A DNA stretch of 64,000 nt from Thermoproteota archaeon (GCA_026986575.1 JALSOH010000006.1:224001-288000); one strand, 5' to 3'; positions 19,639-29,235 are shown, counted from the stretch's first letter. Notes: generated by a model from the letters alone, not told the origin. Program-made: numbers and translations.

Positions 19639-21011
19639 TCCCCCACACCCATGGAAAGGAGGGATCTCTCGGCCTCCACCTTCTCCTCCTCGTAGGATGC
19701 GAGTCTCTCGATATCGTCCCTCAGCAATCTTCTCCTTGACTCTATCTCCTTAGTGAGCAGCTCGGGGTTAGGGGCTCCTCTTCCTCTCTCCCTTAAGACG
19801 TCTTCCACATCTGGGACATCTACCCCCAGCTTATCAGCGGCCTTAAGCAGGTCCCACCCCACCTCCCTAAGGGTCGAGGCCAGCAGCGAGTGGGCCTCCC
19901 TGTAAGTGATCTCTCTTTCCCTAGCGAGCCTTTCGGCGATGTCCTGAGCAAGTGTATCAGGCACGACGATTTCCTTGAACTTTATACCCTTCATCAGGTC
20001 CGCTAATACCCTAGCCGAGGATGTTGCTTCCTCAACCGGTATCAACATATGGAGATTTGCCTCTTGGAGGTCCAGATTGTACCCGCTGGGAATCCCTTTA
20101 GTCACTGTGAGCAGGGAGATTAAGGACCCGATCACTGTTCCGGCCTTCGCCCTTATGAGCTCTAGGGTAACCGCGTTCCTCTTCTGGGGCATGATGCTGC
20201 TGGTCGAGATGTGCTCTTGCGGCAGCTCAACTAGAGAGAACTGGGGTGTCGACCAGATTACCAAGTCCTCCGCGACTCTGCTAAGGACGACCATCAGGCT
20301 CGCCACGGTGCCCACCGAGAGAGACGCAAACGTCCTGCTTCCAGTAGCTAGCAGGGTGTTGCTCTCCACTCCCGAGAATCCCAAAAGTTCCGCAAGCCTA
20401 CCTCTATTAAGTGGGACCGAACTTCCAGCCACTGGGCCGGAGCCCAGCGGACAGAGATCTACCACTTCCCTTAACACGTGCCATATTGTCCTGTAGTGGT
20501 GGAAGACCTCGCCCTCCACGTACAACAGGTAATGTGAGGCTAAGGACGGCTGGGCTGGTTGGAGGTGCGTGAAGAGGGGTATTTTGACGTTGAGGTGTCT
20601 CTCTGCTGAGTCGAGTAGGGATCCCCTCAGCCTGTTGAGCTCCCAGAGCAGACCGATAAGCTTCCACCTGAGAACCAGCCTGAGGGCAGTGGCGACCTGA
20701 TCGTTCCTGCTCTTACCATAGGCCAACCAGCCAGCATTCTTCCCAGCCTTCTCGAGAAGCCAAGCCTCCAAGGCCTCGTGCACATCCTCATACTCCCCCG
20801 AGAGTATCTCCCCCTCCCTCTTAAGGGCCTCCCTCAACCACGTCAGGACGTGATAGGCGTTCTTCGGTACGATCTCCCTTTCCAACAGGTGGAAAAAGTG
20901 AGCGTAGGCAGTGAGCACCACTGCCCTGAATAAGGCCTTATCCGAATCTAGGGATGAAGTGAACTCGGCGAGCCAGTCCGGCTGATCACCCAATCCCGAC
21001 CTTCGATACAC
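19635..21011 (-). CDS. argH: Argininosuccinate lyase
   Basis: GKSRNDQVAT, THLQPAQP, TSSIMPQKRN, GYNLDLQE. Confidence 0.95.
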   Translation of the reverse strand: MYRRSGLGDQPDWLAEFTSSLDSDKALFRAVVLTAYAHFFHLLEREIVPKNAYHVLTWLREALKREGEILSGEYEDVHEALEAWLLEKAGKNAGWLAYGKSRNDQVATALRLVLRWKLIGLLWELNRLRGSLLDSAERHLNVKIPLFTHLQPAQPSLASHYLLYVEGEVFHHYRTIWHVLREVVDLCPLGSGPVAGSSVPLNRGRLAELLGFSGVESNTLLATGSRTFASLSVGTVASLMVVLSRVAEDLVIWSTPQFSLVELPQEHISTSSIMPQKRNAVTLELIRAKAGTVIGSLISLLTVTKGIPSGYNLDLQEANLHMLIPVEEATSSARVLADLMKGIKFKEIVVPDTLAQDIAERLAREREITYREAHSLLASTLREVGWDLLKAADKLGVDVPDVEDVLRERGRGAPNPELLTKEIESRRRLLRDDIERLASYEEEKVEAERSLLSMGVGD

Positions 21012-22203
21012 CCCTCCTCGCCGCCCTCGCCATGAGTGTGTGAAGTCCCCAGGCCTGTATGAAGCCCCTAGCCTCCTCGTCGGTGGGATACCATCCCTCG
21101 TCGTATCCCGCGACCTCCAGGCTGTAGGCAGCGTACTGGGACTTCCTACCCACCACGACCGCGCTTCCCTTATAGAGCTTCAACCTGACCTCCCCTGTGA
21201 CGAACTCGTTCATCCTCCAGATCATCTCTTGGAGGCTTTCCCTCAAGGGGTCGCCCCACAGCCCCTCGTAAACCAGGTTGGTCCATTCCCTATCGGCCAG
21301 CTCCTTGAACTGCAGCTCCCTCCTCGTCAGCACCAGCTTCTCCAAGTCCTTGTGGGCCTTCAGGATGACCACAGCAGCCGGGGCCTCATAGACCTCCCTG
21401 CTCTTGAACCCTATGATCCTACTCTCCATGTGATCTATCCTCCCTATCCCATGCTTTCCGGCTAGGGAGTTCATCTCTACTATAAGTTCGCTCAGACTCA
21501 TCTCCTCCCCGTTGAGGGAACTGGGGAGTCCCTCCTCGAACCCCAGTGTCACGTACTCGGGGGAGTCGGGAGCCTTCTCCAGTGAGACCGTCCACTCGAA
21601 AGCGTCTTCGGGGGGCTCGTTCCAGGGATTCTCAACCGGACCGCCCTCTATGCTCCTGCCCCAGAGGTTCTGATCTATCGAGTACTTGCTGTGGCTTTCC
21701 GGTATCCTTAACCCCCTAGACCTGGCATACTCCATCTCCTGCTGTCTCGTCCAGCGCCATATCCTAGTGGGTGCCACGACCTTAAGATCTGGGTTGAGGG
21801 CCCTTACAGTTATGTCGAACCTCACCTGATCGTTGCCCTTGGAAGTGCAGCCGTGCGCGACCGCATCGGCACCTTCCTTCTCGGCTATCTCGACCAGCTT
21901 GGTAGATATCAGTGGCCTGGAGAGAGCACTGGAGAGGGGATACTCGCCCTCGTACTTGGCGTTGGCCCTTATGGCCGGGGCCACGTAGTCACTGACGAAC
22001 TCATCCACCAAGTTCAAGCCATAGTGCTTGACGGCGCCGGCCTCGTACGCTCTCCTCTCCACATCCTTCAGATCGGTTCCCTGCCCGATCTCAGCTGTAA
22101 ACGTGACTACTTTAATCCCTTGCTCGGTGAACCACTTTATGGCGACAGTGGTATCTAATCCGCCTGAGTAGGCCAAAACTACCTTGGAGATGCTCTCATT
22201 CAA
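20986..22203 (-). CDS. argG: Argininosuccinate synthase
   Basis: VVLAYSGGLDT, HGCTSKGNDQVRF, SIDQNLWGRSIEGG, KSREVYEAP. Confidence 0.97.
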   Translation of the reverse strand: MNESISKVVLAYSGGLDTTVAIKWFTEQGIKVVTFTAEIGQGTDLKDVERRAYEAGAVKHYGLNLVDEFVSDYVAPAIRANAKYEGEYPLSSALSRPLISTKLVEIAEKEGADAVAHGCTSKGNDQVRFDITVRALNPDLKVVAPTRIWRWTRQQEMEYARSRGLRIPESHSKYSIDQNLWGRSIEGGPVENPWNEPPEDAFEWTVSLEKAPDSPEYVTLGFEEGLPSSLNGEEMSLSELIVEMNSLAGKHGIGRIDHMESRIIGFKSREVYEAPAAVVILKAHKDLEKLVLTRRELQFKELADREWTNLVYEGLWGDPLRESLQEMIWRMNEFVTGEVRLKLYKGSAVVVGRKSQYAAYSLEVAGYDEGWYPTDEEARGFIQAWGLHTLMARAARRGVSKVGIG

Positions 22204-22226
22204 AGGAGGAATCTCCGGTAACGCAC
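22200..22226 (-). CDS. Candidate argGH leader peptide MRYRRFLL
   Basis: AGGTGA (22237-22232), 5 nt, then GTG CGT TAC CGG AGA TTC CTC CTT TGA; the stop overlaps the argG TTG (TTGA). Confidence 0.45.
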   Translation of the reverse strand: MRYRRFLL

Positions 22227-22260
22227 ACTACTCACCTTGAGGGCTCGGTTCTCAGTCTGA

Positions 22261-22268
22261 TTATAAAG
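22261..22268 (-). promoter_or_regulatory. TATA box of argGH
   Basis: CTTTATAA on minus strand about 35 nt upstream of the leader GTG. Confidence 0.6.
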
Positions 22269-22475
22269 TTACCTGTCTTCAAGCTGTCCACCACTAGTCC
22301 TCGGTAGAACTCCCCAAGGTTTCGCACTTCTCCTTCTTAAATTGGGGAGTTCCTTCTTGATGAACGCTCGTCAGGCCAACTTCACGACGATCCGATCGGT
22401 AACGTTTCGACCGTTTCCAGCCGTCCCAAACATGGCCCTAATTAGTCTGGCCTGCTAGATAGAAGGGGGATCTGC

Positions 22476-23246
22476 TTGAACTTCGGGGTCTTGTTATCAC
22501 TCGCTGTGATCGTGACACTCATTTTCTCGATAACAGCCTTTCTCTACGTCCAAGGACAGCCTAAGGAGGAGATCAGACGTATGGAACCCGTTATGGACGT
22601 CAAGAATCTTAAAGACATGAGAATAGAGCTGGAAAGAGTGAGAAAGGTCATGTGGATAGGTCCTCATGCCGATGATGAGGTTTACGTGGCTGGTCTCTTG
22701 CATTACGCCAGCTTGAAGGGAAAAGACTGCATTATAGTGGCCTACAGGGCGGGTGGCGAGAGGAGGAAACTGAATCTGATGTCAGCAGAACTTCTGGGGT
22801 GTAATTACACTTACTTGTCCAGTTATCCTGGAAGGAGCGTAAAGGAAAAGATAAGATCGCTCCTTACATCCGAATCTCCAGATCTGATACTGACATTTCA
22901 TCCTGAGACGGGCTTTAGGATGAGCGAAGCTCACGCCAAAGTGGGTGAGCTTGTTACGGGGGTGATTTCAAGCGGGAATTACAGCATTAAGCTGTTTTAC
23001 ATCCTCAACAAGGATCCAACCTTGGAGAAGCTGTTGGGTGGAGCTGATCGCTCGAAACAGACCCATTACCTCGACCTAAATCTGATCGTGGGCAATGAGA
23101 GCTTGTTTGAGGTTAAGATAGCGGACATATGCGTCTACTCGAAGGCAATTCCAGCGGCTAAGGCGATCTGCGAGGACGCAGGAGGAATGCAAGACAGGAT
23201 GTTAAGATACGAGTTTTACGAGGAGTACACTCCTAGCGATTCATGA
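22476..23246 (+). CDS. PIG-L/LmbE-family deacetylase with N-terminal membrane anchor
   Basis: IGPHADDE, PDLILTFHP, HAKVG motifs. Confidence 0.8.
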   Translation: MNFGVLLSLAVIVTLIFSITAFLYVQGQPKEEIRRMEPVMDVKNLKDMRIELERVRKVMWIGPHADDEVYVAGLLHYASLKGKDCIIVAYRAGGERRKLNLMSAELLGCNYTYLSSYPGRSVKEKIRSLLTSESPDLILTFHPETGFRMSEAHAKVGELVTGVISSGNYSIKLFYILNKDPTLEKLLGGADRSKQTHYLDLNLIVGNESLFEVKIADICVYSKAIPAAKAICEDAGGMQDRMLRYEFYEEYTPSDS

Positions 23247-23381
23247 ATGACCTCGGATGAAGAGACTACACTAGGAGGTAATCGTACCGTGTTCTCACCA
23301 AACTCCTCATAGGTGGACGATCTCGATTCTGCAGGAACTCACAAACCGGATGTGACGCGCGAAGCGTGATAGCGCCGTTGA

Positions 23382-23398
23382 CCGATAATCAATATCGG
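23382..23398. promoter_or_regulatory. Palindromic operator candidate upstream of tupABC
   Basis: CCGATA-atcaa-TATCGG just upstream of AATATAAG TATA-like box. Confidence 0.4.
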
Positions 23399-23430
23399 AT
23401 AACGAATATAAGTAACTGAGTCGGCCCAAT

Positions 23431-24327
23431 GTGGTGCTTCCCGTGAACGCCAAGATCATAGCCGCAATAGCTATCGTGTTGGTCTTTGTCGTCGCTTCTC
23501 TCCTCATGTTGGAGAGTGGGCCTGTCAGGGTCAGGATAACTACTACAACCAGCCTCTACGCCACAGGACTCCTCGACTACCTTGGAGACCAGTTCAAGAA
23601 GGATCATCCCAATGTCGAACTCGACTTCATAGCAGTGGGAAGCGGTGAGGCCCTGAGGAGGGCGAAGCAGGGTGATGCCTGCATGGTCCTCGTGCACGCT
23701 CCCAGCTTGGAGAAACGTTACATGGAGGAAGGGGCCATAACTGAGGGGCACATCTTCGCTTACAATTACTTCATCATAGCTGGCCCTCCCTTGGATCCAG
23801 CCAAGGTGAAGGAGGCCAAGTCGCCGGTGGATGCTTTCAAGAGGATATATGAGGCCGGAGAGAGGGGAGAAGCCAGCTTCGCCAGTAGGGGGGATAACTC
23901 CGGCACCCATGTCAGGGAGCTGAGCGTGTGGAGAACTGCTAGATTGGATCCCAAGGGAAGGCCTTGGTACATGGAGACCGGGAGCGGAATGGGCGCGACC
24001 CTGCTGGTAGCGAACGAGAAAGGAGCATATGTGCTCTCGGACATAGGCACGTTCCTCAAGTACAGCAAGGACGGCAAAGTTCCCGACTTAGCCATCCTTT
24101 TCGAGGGTGGTGATGATCTCCTCAACATATACAGCGTTTACCTCGTTCCCTCCTGCACGGGGAAGGAGGCCAGCTACGCTAAAGCCTTTGCTGATTTCGT
24201 CGTGGGAGGCGCTCAAGATATGATCGCCCACTACGGTGTCTCCGAGTACGGACAGCCCCTCTTCTATCCCGCAAGGGATAAGTTGAATTGGCTTAGGGAG
24301 AGGTGGCAGGCGCTGGCTGGAGGGTGA
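23431..24327 (+). CDS. tupA: Tungstate ABC transporter substrate-binding protein
   Basis: TTTS..TGLLD, AVGSGEAL, VHAP, SRGDNSGTH..E, GSGMG. Confidence 0.92.
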   Translation: MVLPVNAKIIAAIAIVLVFVVASLLMLESGPVRVRITTTTSLYATGLLDYLGDQFKKDHPNVELDFIAVGSGEALRRAKQGDACMVLVHAPSLEKRYMEEGAITEGHIFAYNYFIIAGPPLDPAKVKEAKSPVDAFKRIYEAGERGEASFASRGDNSGTHVRELSVWRTARLDPKGRPWYMETGSGMGATLLVANEKGAYVLSDIGTFLKYSKDGKVPDLAILFEGGDDLLNIYSVYLVPSCTGKEASYAKAFADFVVGGAQDMIAHYGVSEYGQPLFYPARDKLNWLRERWQALAGG

Positions 24328-24331
24328 TCCG

Positions 24332-24967
24332 GTGGGGGAGGTCCTAGAGATCGTACTCAGGAGCTTGGTGGTGTCAGGAACGGCGACGCTACTGGCCTCC
24401 ATTTGGAGTATTGCCCTAGCTTACCTGCTCGTGCGATCTCCTAGGGCCTCCCGACCCCTCATTCCCCTATTAGAGGGCATGGTGGGCATACCCACCGTCT
24501 TGATAGGGCTCCTCCTCTACCTGCTTCTCAGCAGGCAGGGTCCTCTTGGTATGCTGAGGTTACTCTATTCCCCCCAAGCCATAGTAATCGGACAGGCCAT
24601 CTTGATAACCCCCCTAATAACTTCTGTTGCCTACAGGGTCCTCTCCCACTCTTGGAACATTTATGGGGAGCTGACTCTCTCCTTGGGCGCTGCCGAGGGT
24701 CAGGCGGCCAAGATAGTGATATCCGAGTCCCTCCCAGGAGTAGCTGCTGCCGTGGTGATGGGCTTCTCTAGGGCTCTTGGGGAGTTAGGCGTCGCTCTGA
24801 TGGTGGGAGGTAACATAAAGGGCTACACGAGGGTCATGACCACTGCCATAGCGCTTGAGGTGTCAAAGGGGGAGTTCGAGCTAGCCATGTCTCTGGGCAT
24901 CATCCTGCTGCTTATGCTGGCCATGATCTCCCTCACCCTCAGGTTCTTGGGGAGGCTCAGGGAATGA
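24332..24967 (+). CDS. tupB: Tungstate ABC transporter permease
   Basis: LLSRQGPLG, MVGGNIKGYTRVMTTAIALE. Confidence 0.92.
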   Translation: MGEVLEIVLRSLVVSGTATLLASIWSIALAYLLVRSPRASRPLIPLLEGMVGIPTVLIGLLLYLLLSRQGPLGMLRLLYSPQAIVIGQAILITPLITSVAYRVLSHSWNIYGELTLSLGAAEGQAAKIVISESLPGVAAAVVMGFSRALGELGVALMVGGNIKGYTRVMTTAIALEVSKGEFELAMSLGIILLLMLAMISLTLRFLGRLRE

Positions 24968-25665
24968 ACGGAATAGAATTGAGAGAAGTCTGGTTCAGGT
25001 ATCCAGGATCTAGGGAGTGGACCCTGAGAGGGGTGAGCTTGGAGATCAGGCGGGGTGAGGTGCTCGCCCTAGTGGGCCCAAATGGCTCCGGGAAGACCAC
25101 CATCCTGAAGTTAGCTGGAGGCCTCTACAGACCCTCTAGGGGAAAGGTCAAGTTCTGGAGATCGAACATATGGGAGGTAAATGGATCTAGGAGGCTTGAG
25201 CTCAGGAGAATGGTGGTTTACGTCCACGAGAGGCCTATCCTCCTGAGAGGAACGGCCTTGGATAATATAGCCTTCGCCCCTCTACTGAGAGGCATGCCTA
25301 GGGAGGAGGCGGTTAGGAGGGCGGAAGAACTGCTCAGTGATACGGAATCGGCCTACTTATCGAGGAAGGATAGGAGAGAGATGTCGGCAGGGGAGGCACA
25401 GGTAGTGTCGATTCTCAGGGCAGTGGCTGCTAGCCCTAGGATACTCCTGCTGGATGAACCTACTGCCCATCTGGATAGGGAGAAGAGGGGGGTCATGACG
25501 GGCCTCATAGGGAAGTTGAGGTCAGAGGGGATGGGGATAGCTATTGCCACTCATGATCACTTGCTGGCTCTGAGGACGGCGGACAGGGTTGCAGTCGTTG
25601 AGAATGGGGTGATTGGGTCCATAGGTAGACCCTCAGAGGTCTTAGACTTTTTTAAGATATATTAA
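24964..25665 (+). CDS. tupC: Tungstate ABC transporter ATPase
   Basis: GPNGSGKTT, LLLDEPT; operon position. Confidence 0.88.
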   Translation: MNGIELREVWFRYPGSREWTLRGVSLEIRRGEVLALVGPNGSGKTTILKLAGGLYRPSRGKVKFWRSNIWEVNGSRRLELRRMVVYVHERPILLRGTALDNIAFAPLLRGMPREEAVRRAEELLSDTESAYLSRKDRREMSAGEAQVVSILRAVAASPRILLLDEPTAHLDREKRGVMTGLIGKLRSEGMGIAIATHDHLLALRTADRVAVVENGVIGSIGRPSEVLDFFKIY

Positions 25666-25793
25666 GCAAGATGGCTCATAATATTTGAGAAACCATTGGA
25701 CCCCACTTCTCAGTAAACCCTCCTCAGATCAAGGTTTGAACGATTTTCGCGGACAGAAATCAATAAATAGTAAATAATTACACAATATTAAGG

Positions 25794-26120
25794 TTGCTAG
25801 ATATGGGGACCCTAACCGTCGTGATACCTGATGACCTGCTCCGGAGACTAAGGGAGCATCTCAAGGAGAGGGGAGCTGGAAGAGGAGCGCTATCAAAGTT
25901 CGTCTCATCGGCTATAGAGAGGGCCCTGTTAGAATCTGAGTTTAGACGGGTGTTTATAGCTGAAGTGGGGGGAAGAGAGGTAGCTAGGGCACCTTCCCTC
26001 AAGGAGCTCGCTGAGGTCCTGAAATCCAAGGGTATTGATCCCAGCACCGTCACGGTAAGGGCCTTGCCTCCTCCCAAGCCCTTAGCTCGGGCAGGTGCTA
26101 GGGTAATTGAGCGTGGTTGA
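25794..26120 (+). CDS. RHH antitoxin-like protein with DUF5678-like C-terminal domain
   Basis: MGTLTVVIPDDL..RGALSKFV RHH; FIAEVGGREVARAPSLKEL. Confidence 0.6.
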   Translation: MLDMGTLTVVIPDDLLRRLREHLKERGAGRGALSKFVSSAIERALLESEFRRVFIAEVGGREVARAPSLKELAEVLKSKGIDPSTVTVRALPPPKPLARAGARVIERG

Positions 26121-26481
26121 TCAAATTCCTTACATTAGAGTCAAGTTTTACAATCCGCTCAGCGGGAAAGTATATCCAGAATTGGGGGAGGAGTGGGGTG
26201 TCCTCGATACAGGATATGAAGGCTTCGCTCTGGTACCAAGCGAAGTTCTCCACAAGCTAAGTATAAGGCCTTCAACCGAGAGGCACTTGGTTCTACCGGA
26301 TGGCAGAGTCATCAAATCTATGGGAGGGTATTCCACACTTATCTCAGGCGACTACGAGGTTGATGGTCTGCTGGAGAGCTATAAGGGGTTAAACGAGATC
26401 ATAATAGGTGGAGAAGCTCTGGAAAGGGCTAGAGTGGAGATAGACTACTGCATTAAGTCCGTAACAGTGATTAGGTGCTGA
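26107..26481 (+). CDS. Clan AA (retropepsin-like) aspartic protease
   Basis: VLDTGYEG catalytic motif, LPDGR flap, IIIG. Confidence 0.8.
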   Translation: MSVVDQIPYIRVKFYNPLSGKVYPELGEEWGVLDTGYEGFALVPSEVLHKLSIRPSTERHLVLPDGRVIKSMGGYSTLISGDYEVDGLLESYKGLNEIIIGGEALERARVEIDYCIKSVTVIRC

Positions 26482-26519
26482 TTCCCCACCTCATCATAGT
26501 TCATTTCAGCGGATAACTA

Positions 26520-27950
26520 TCAGGAAAGTTCAACTCCCCGCTGCACCACCTTCCCTGTCACTTCGGGGGAGCTGTACACGTATCTTATCCCGAAGAGCTT
26601 CGAGAGGTCCCTGTTAAGGGCGCCTACATCCTCCCTAGATAGCCTGTCCATGTAGTACTTTCCTAGGGCGGAGGTGAGCATCTTGACCTCGTTCTCCACG
26701 CTCTTCAGGTAGTTCACCACACCCTTGGTGCAGCTCTCTCCCCTTACCCCCCATCTCAGGGCCATCTTACCTAGTTCCCTCAGCAATGGATTCCTGAAAA
26801 GTTCCCTCCTTATGAAAGTAGGGGCGAAGGGTATGCTTCCCAAACAGGCGTACACCAAGGGCCTGCCGAACGCCACCGCGCTGGCTCCTAACGCTAGGGA
26901 CTTGACCACATGGGAGCCGTCGTACAGCCTGCCCGAAATTATGAGGCTGGTCTTTACCCTCTTGTCCCTCGCCCTCGCGATGGCCCCTAGGCAGGCCACG
27001 GTGGGGAGGCCTAGGTCCCTCATGCCCGCTATGGGGCTCATCCCAGTCCCTCCCTCCTTCCCATCTATCGTTATGGCGTCCACTCCCTCCCTGCTTGCTA
27101 TCTCTATCACTCTGTCCAAGTCCCTGTAGGGCCCGGTCTTCAGGAACACCTTCACTCGGGGGAAGTTGTTCTTTATCAGCCTGATCTGACTGGCCAGTAT
27201 GTCTTCGGTGAATGTTCCAGGTGCTGAATGCCTCTCGTAGTAGTCCTTGACCTCCTTCTCCGGATCCTCCGGTATGTAGTAATGGTCCTTTATCCTCAAA
27301 GCCACCTCCCTGCTGACCAGTACCTCTCCTCCTAAGCCGGGCTTGGCGCCCTGCCCTGCCTTGATCTCGAAGGCTATCAATCCCTTCTCCACGTACTGAT
27401 CGAAGTCCGGATCCGTGTAGACCTTCTCCCAGAGCTTCATGTTCTCGTCCTCAACGCTCTGCTGTATGACGAGCCCTCCATACCCGTCTTTCAGGTTCTC
27501 CAAGTAGGCTAGGGCCCTCTCCTTGAATGATGGCTGGTCAGTGAGCCTCTCATCGTATCCCCTGATGGCGGCTATGTTCTCCCCCAAAGAGTAGACGACG
27601 CCCATCTCGGCGCATCCCCTAGCTATCTTGGGCCCTATCAGGTTGGCGATGTGCGTGCCCCCCATGGCGGCGCAGACGACGGGCATTCTCACCCTGAACC
27701 CGCCCACGGAAGTCTCTGTACTCACATCCGTGTAGAGGGGTTCCCTGAGTAACTCAATGCCCTTCTCGAGCCTCTCAGGCGTGAACTGAGGAGGAAGCAG
27801 AACTATGTCATCCAGAAGGAGGAACCTCCTCGGCTTCGTATAAACGTCAGCTCCAAATACATTGTAACCGAACTCGTCCTTGGGGGGATATACAGCTTGC
27901 TCACCCAGCTTGGCCCTCCTGAATATCTCATCTATCGGGTAGTCCGTCAT
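26520..27950 (-). CDS. FMN-binding glutamate synthase domain-2 family protein
   Basis: EIKAGQGAKPGLGG, IDGKEGGTG, LALGASAVAFGR. Confidence 0.85.
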   Translation of the reverse strand: MTDYPIDEIFRRAKLGEQAVYPPKDEFGYNVFGADVYTKPRRFLLLDDIVLLPPQFTPERLEKGIELLREPLYTDVSTETSVGGFRVRMPVVCAAMGGTHIANLIGPKIARGCAEMGVVYSLGENIAAIRGYDERLTDQPSFKERALAYLENLKDGYGGLVIQQSVEDENMKLWEKVYTDPDFDQYVEKGLIAFEIKAGQGAKPGLGGEVLVSREVALRIKDHYYIPEDPEKEVKDYYERHSAPGTFTEDILASQIRLIKNNFPRVKVFLKTGPYRDLDRVIEIASREGVDAITIDGKEGGTGMSPIAGMRDLGLPTVACLGAIARARDKRVKTSLIISGRLYDGSHVVKSLALGASAVAFGRPLVYACLGSIPFAPTFIRRELFRNPLLRELGKMALRWGVRGESCTKGVVNYLKSVENEVKMLTSALGKYYMDRLSREDVGALNRDLSKLFGIRYVYSSPEVTGKVVQRGVELS

Positions 27951-29032
27951 GGCGAGTGCACCCCCGGTATCTTGGGAGCCGGTCTGGCGAGGTGCACGGA
28001 CGGGAGATCACAGATGTACTTCACCAACCTCTCCATTCCTATGCCGAATCCAGCCGTTGGCTTCCCGTGATCGCGGAGGAACTGGAGGTACCAGCGGTAA
28101 AGCTCGGGGTTCTCGTTGGTCTCCCTCATCCTAGCGAAAACCCTCGACACCTCGTACTCTCTCGCCGCACCCGAAGAGAGCTCCCCGTGACCTTCCGGAG
28201 CGAGCAGGTCAAAGTCCATCAGTATACCTGGCTTGTCAGGGTACTCGCGGTCGTAGAAGCCCCTCGCCCCCCTCGGGTAATCATGAATGAAGAAGGGTCG
28301 CTTATGTATCTTGGACAGGTACCACTCCCACTCCCAGGGAATCTCGGCCTTGAAACTGAGCCTGTCTTGGGGTCTTCTGACGCCGAACCTTCTCTCCAGA
28401 TCTTTGATGACCTTGTCATCCTTAGCATGCTCCATTAAAAGCTCTACCGCTTCCCTATGGGTCATCCTCTTCAAGGGGAGCTTCACATCTGGTAGGCTCT
28501 TCCTCTCAGAGCCGAAGAACTCCCATATCTTTCGGAGACGGTTCTCGTACTTTTTCATCTCATCGATAACGTGCTTGAGCAGCCTCTCCGCTATCTCCAT
28601 CACTTGGAAGTGGTCCGCATCCCTGACCTCCAAGTCTATCTGGACGAACTCCACGAGGTGGCGCCCGGTCTTGGCAGCGTCTATCGGCTCATGCCTCAGG
28701 TTGGGGTAGAAGAAGTAAATCTTACCCTCCTCCATTGCCGCAGCCAGAAGCTGCTTGTACAGGATACCGCTCCTCATTAACCTGTACTCCCTTCCGTAGT
28801 AGGGGATCCGGAACTCGAACGCGCCTCTCGTGCCGGGATCCGTTACTGGACCGACCATTATTGGATCGAACTCCACGAAACCCTCTCCATCCAAGAAGTC
28901 CCTCATGGCCTTGGCTATGAGGTGCCTGAATCGGTAGACTTCCTGCATGACGGGATGGCTCACTATCCTGAATATGTCTTCGGCGAAAGCCTGGGGTTCG
29001 AGGGGGAGCTCGAGCTTCTGGGACATGATCAT
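27947..29032 (-). CDS. Archaeal asparagine synthetase (truncated AsnRS/AspRS paralogue)
   Basis: Class IIb aaRS catalytic core without anticodon domain: PVTDPG, YKQLL, RHLVEFVQIDLE, GELSSGAARE, GFGIGMERL; start reset to ATG 29032. Confidence 0.88.
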   Translation of the reverse strand: MIMSQKLELPLEPQAFAEDIFRIVSHPVMQEVYRFRHLIAKAMRDFLDGEGFVEFDPIMVGPVTDPGTRGAFEFRIPYYGREYRLMRSGILYKQLLAAAMEEGKIYFFYPNLRHEPIDAAKTGRHLVEFVQIDLEVRDADHFQVMEIAERLLKHVIDEMKKYENRLRKIWEFFGSERKSLPDVKLPLKRMTHREAVELLMEHAKDDKVIKDLERRFGVRRPQDRLSFKAEIPWEWEWYLSKIHKRPFFIHDYPRGARGFYDREYPDKPGILMDFDLLAPEGHGELSSGAAREYEVSRVFARMRETNENPELYRWYLQFLRDHGKPTAGFGIGMERLVKYICDLPSVHLARPAPKIPGVHSP

Positions 29033-29190
29033 CTCGCTGTCATCCCAACCGACAATAAAAAAGTTACTATCAGTATGACTTCTACTAATGAAATAATAGG
29101 TATAAAAGACTATAAACTCACAGCTATCAGGTATAATATCCAACTAGATACGATAAATGGGGTCGAACTAACTTTATAAAAGAGAGCTTT

Positions 29191-29220
29191 CGATATATCG
29201 CTATACTAATATAGGTATAG
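29191..29220. promoter_or_regulatory. Operator/promoter palindromes of the VapBC locus
   Basis: CGATATATCG (perfect palindrome) followed by CTATAC-N8-GTATAG. Confidence 0.5.
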
Positions 29221-29235
29221 GGCTATAGAGATCGA

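Noticed and set aside
26485-26525. ATGATGA and CTGA on the minus strand as a C/D-box sRNA
   Set aside because: Boxes are in the wrong order (D before C), with no downstream D box.
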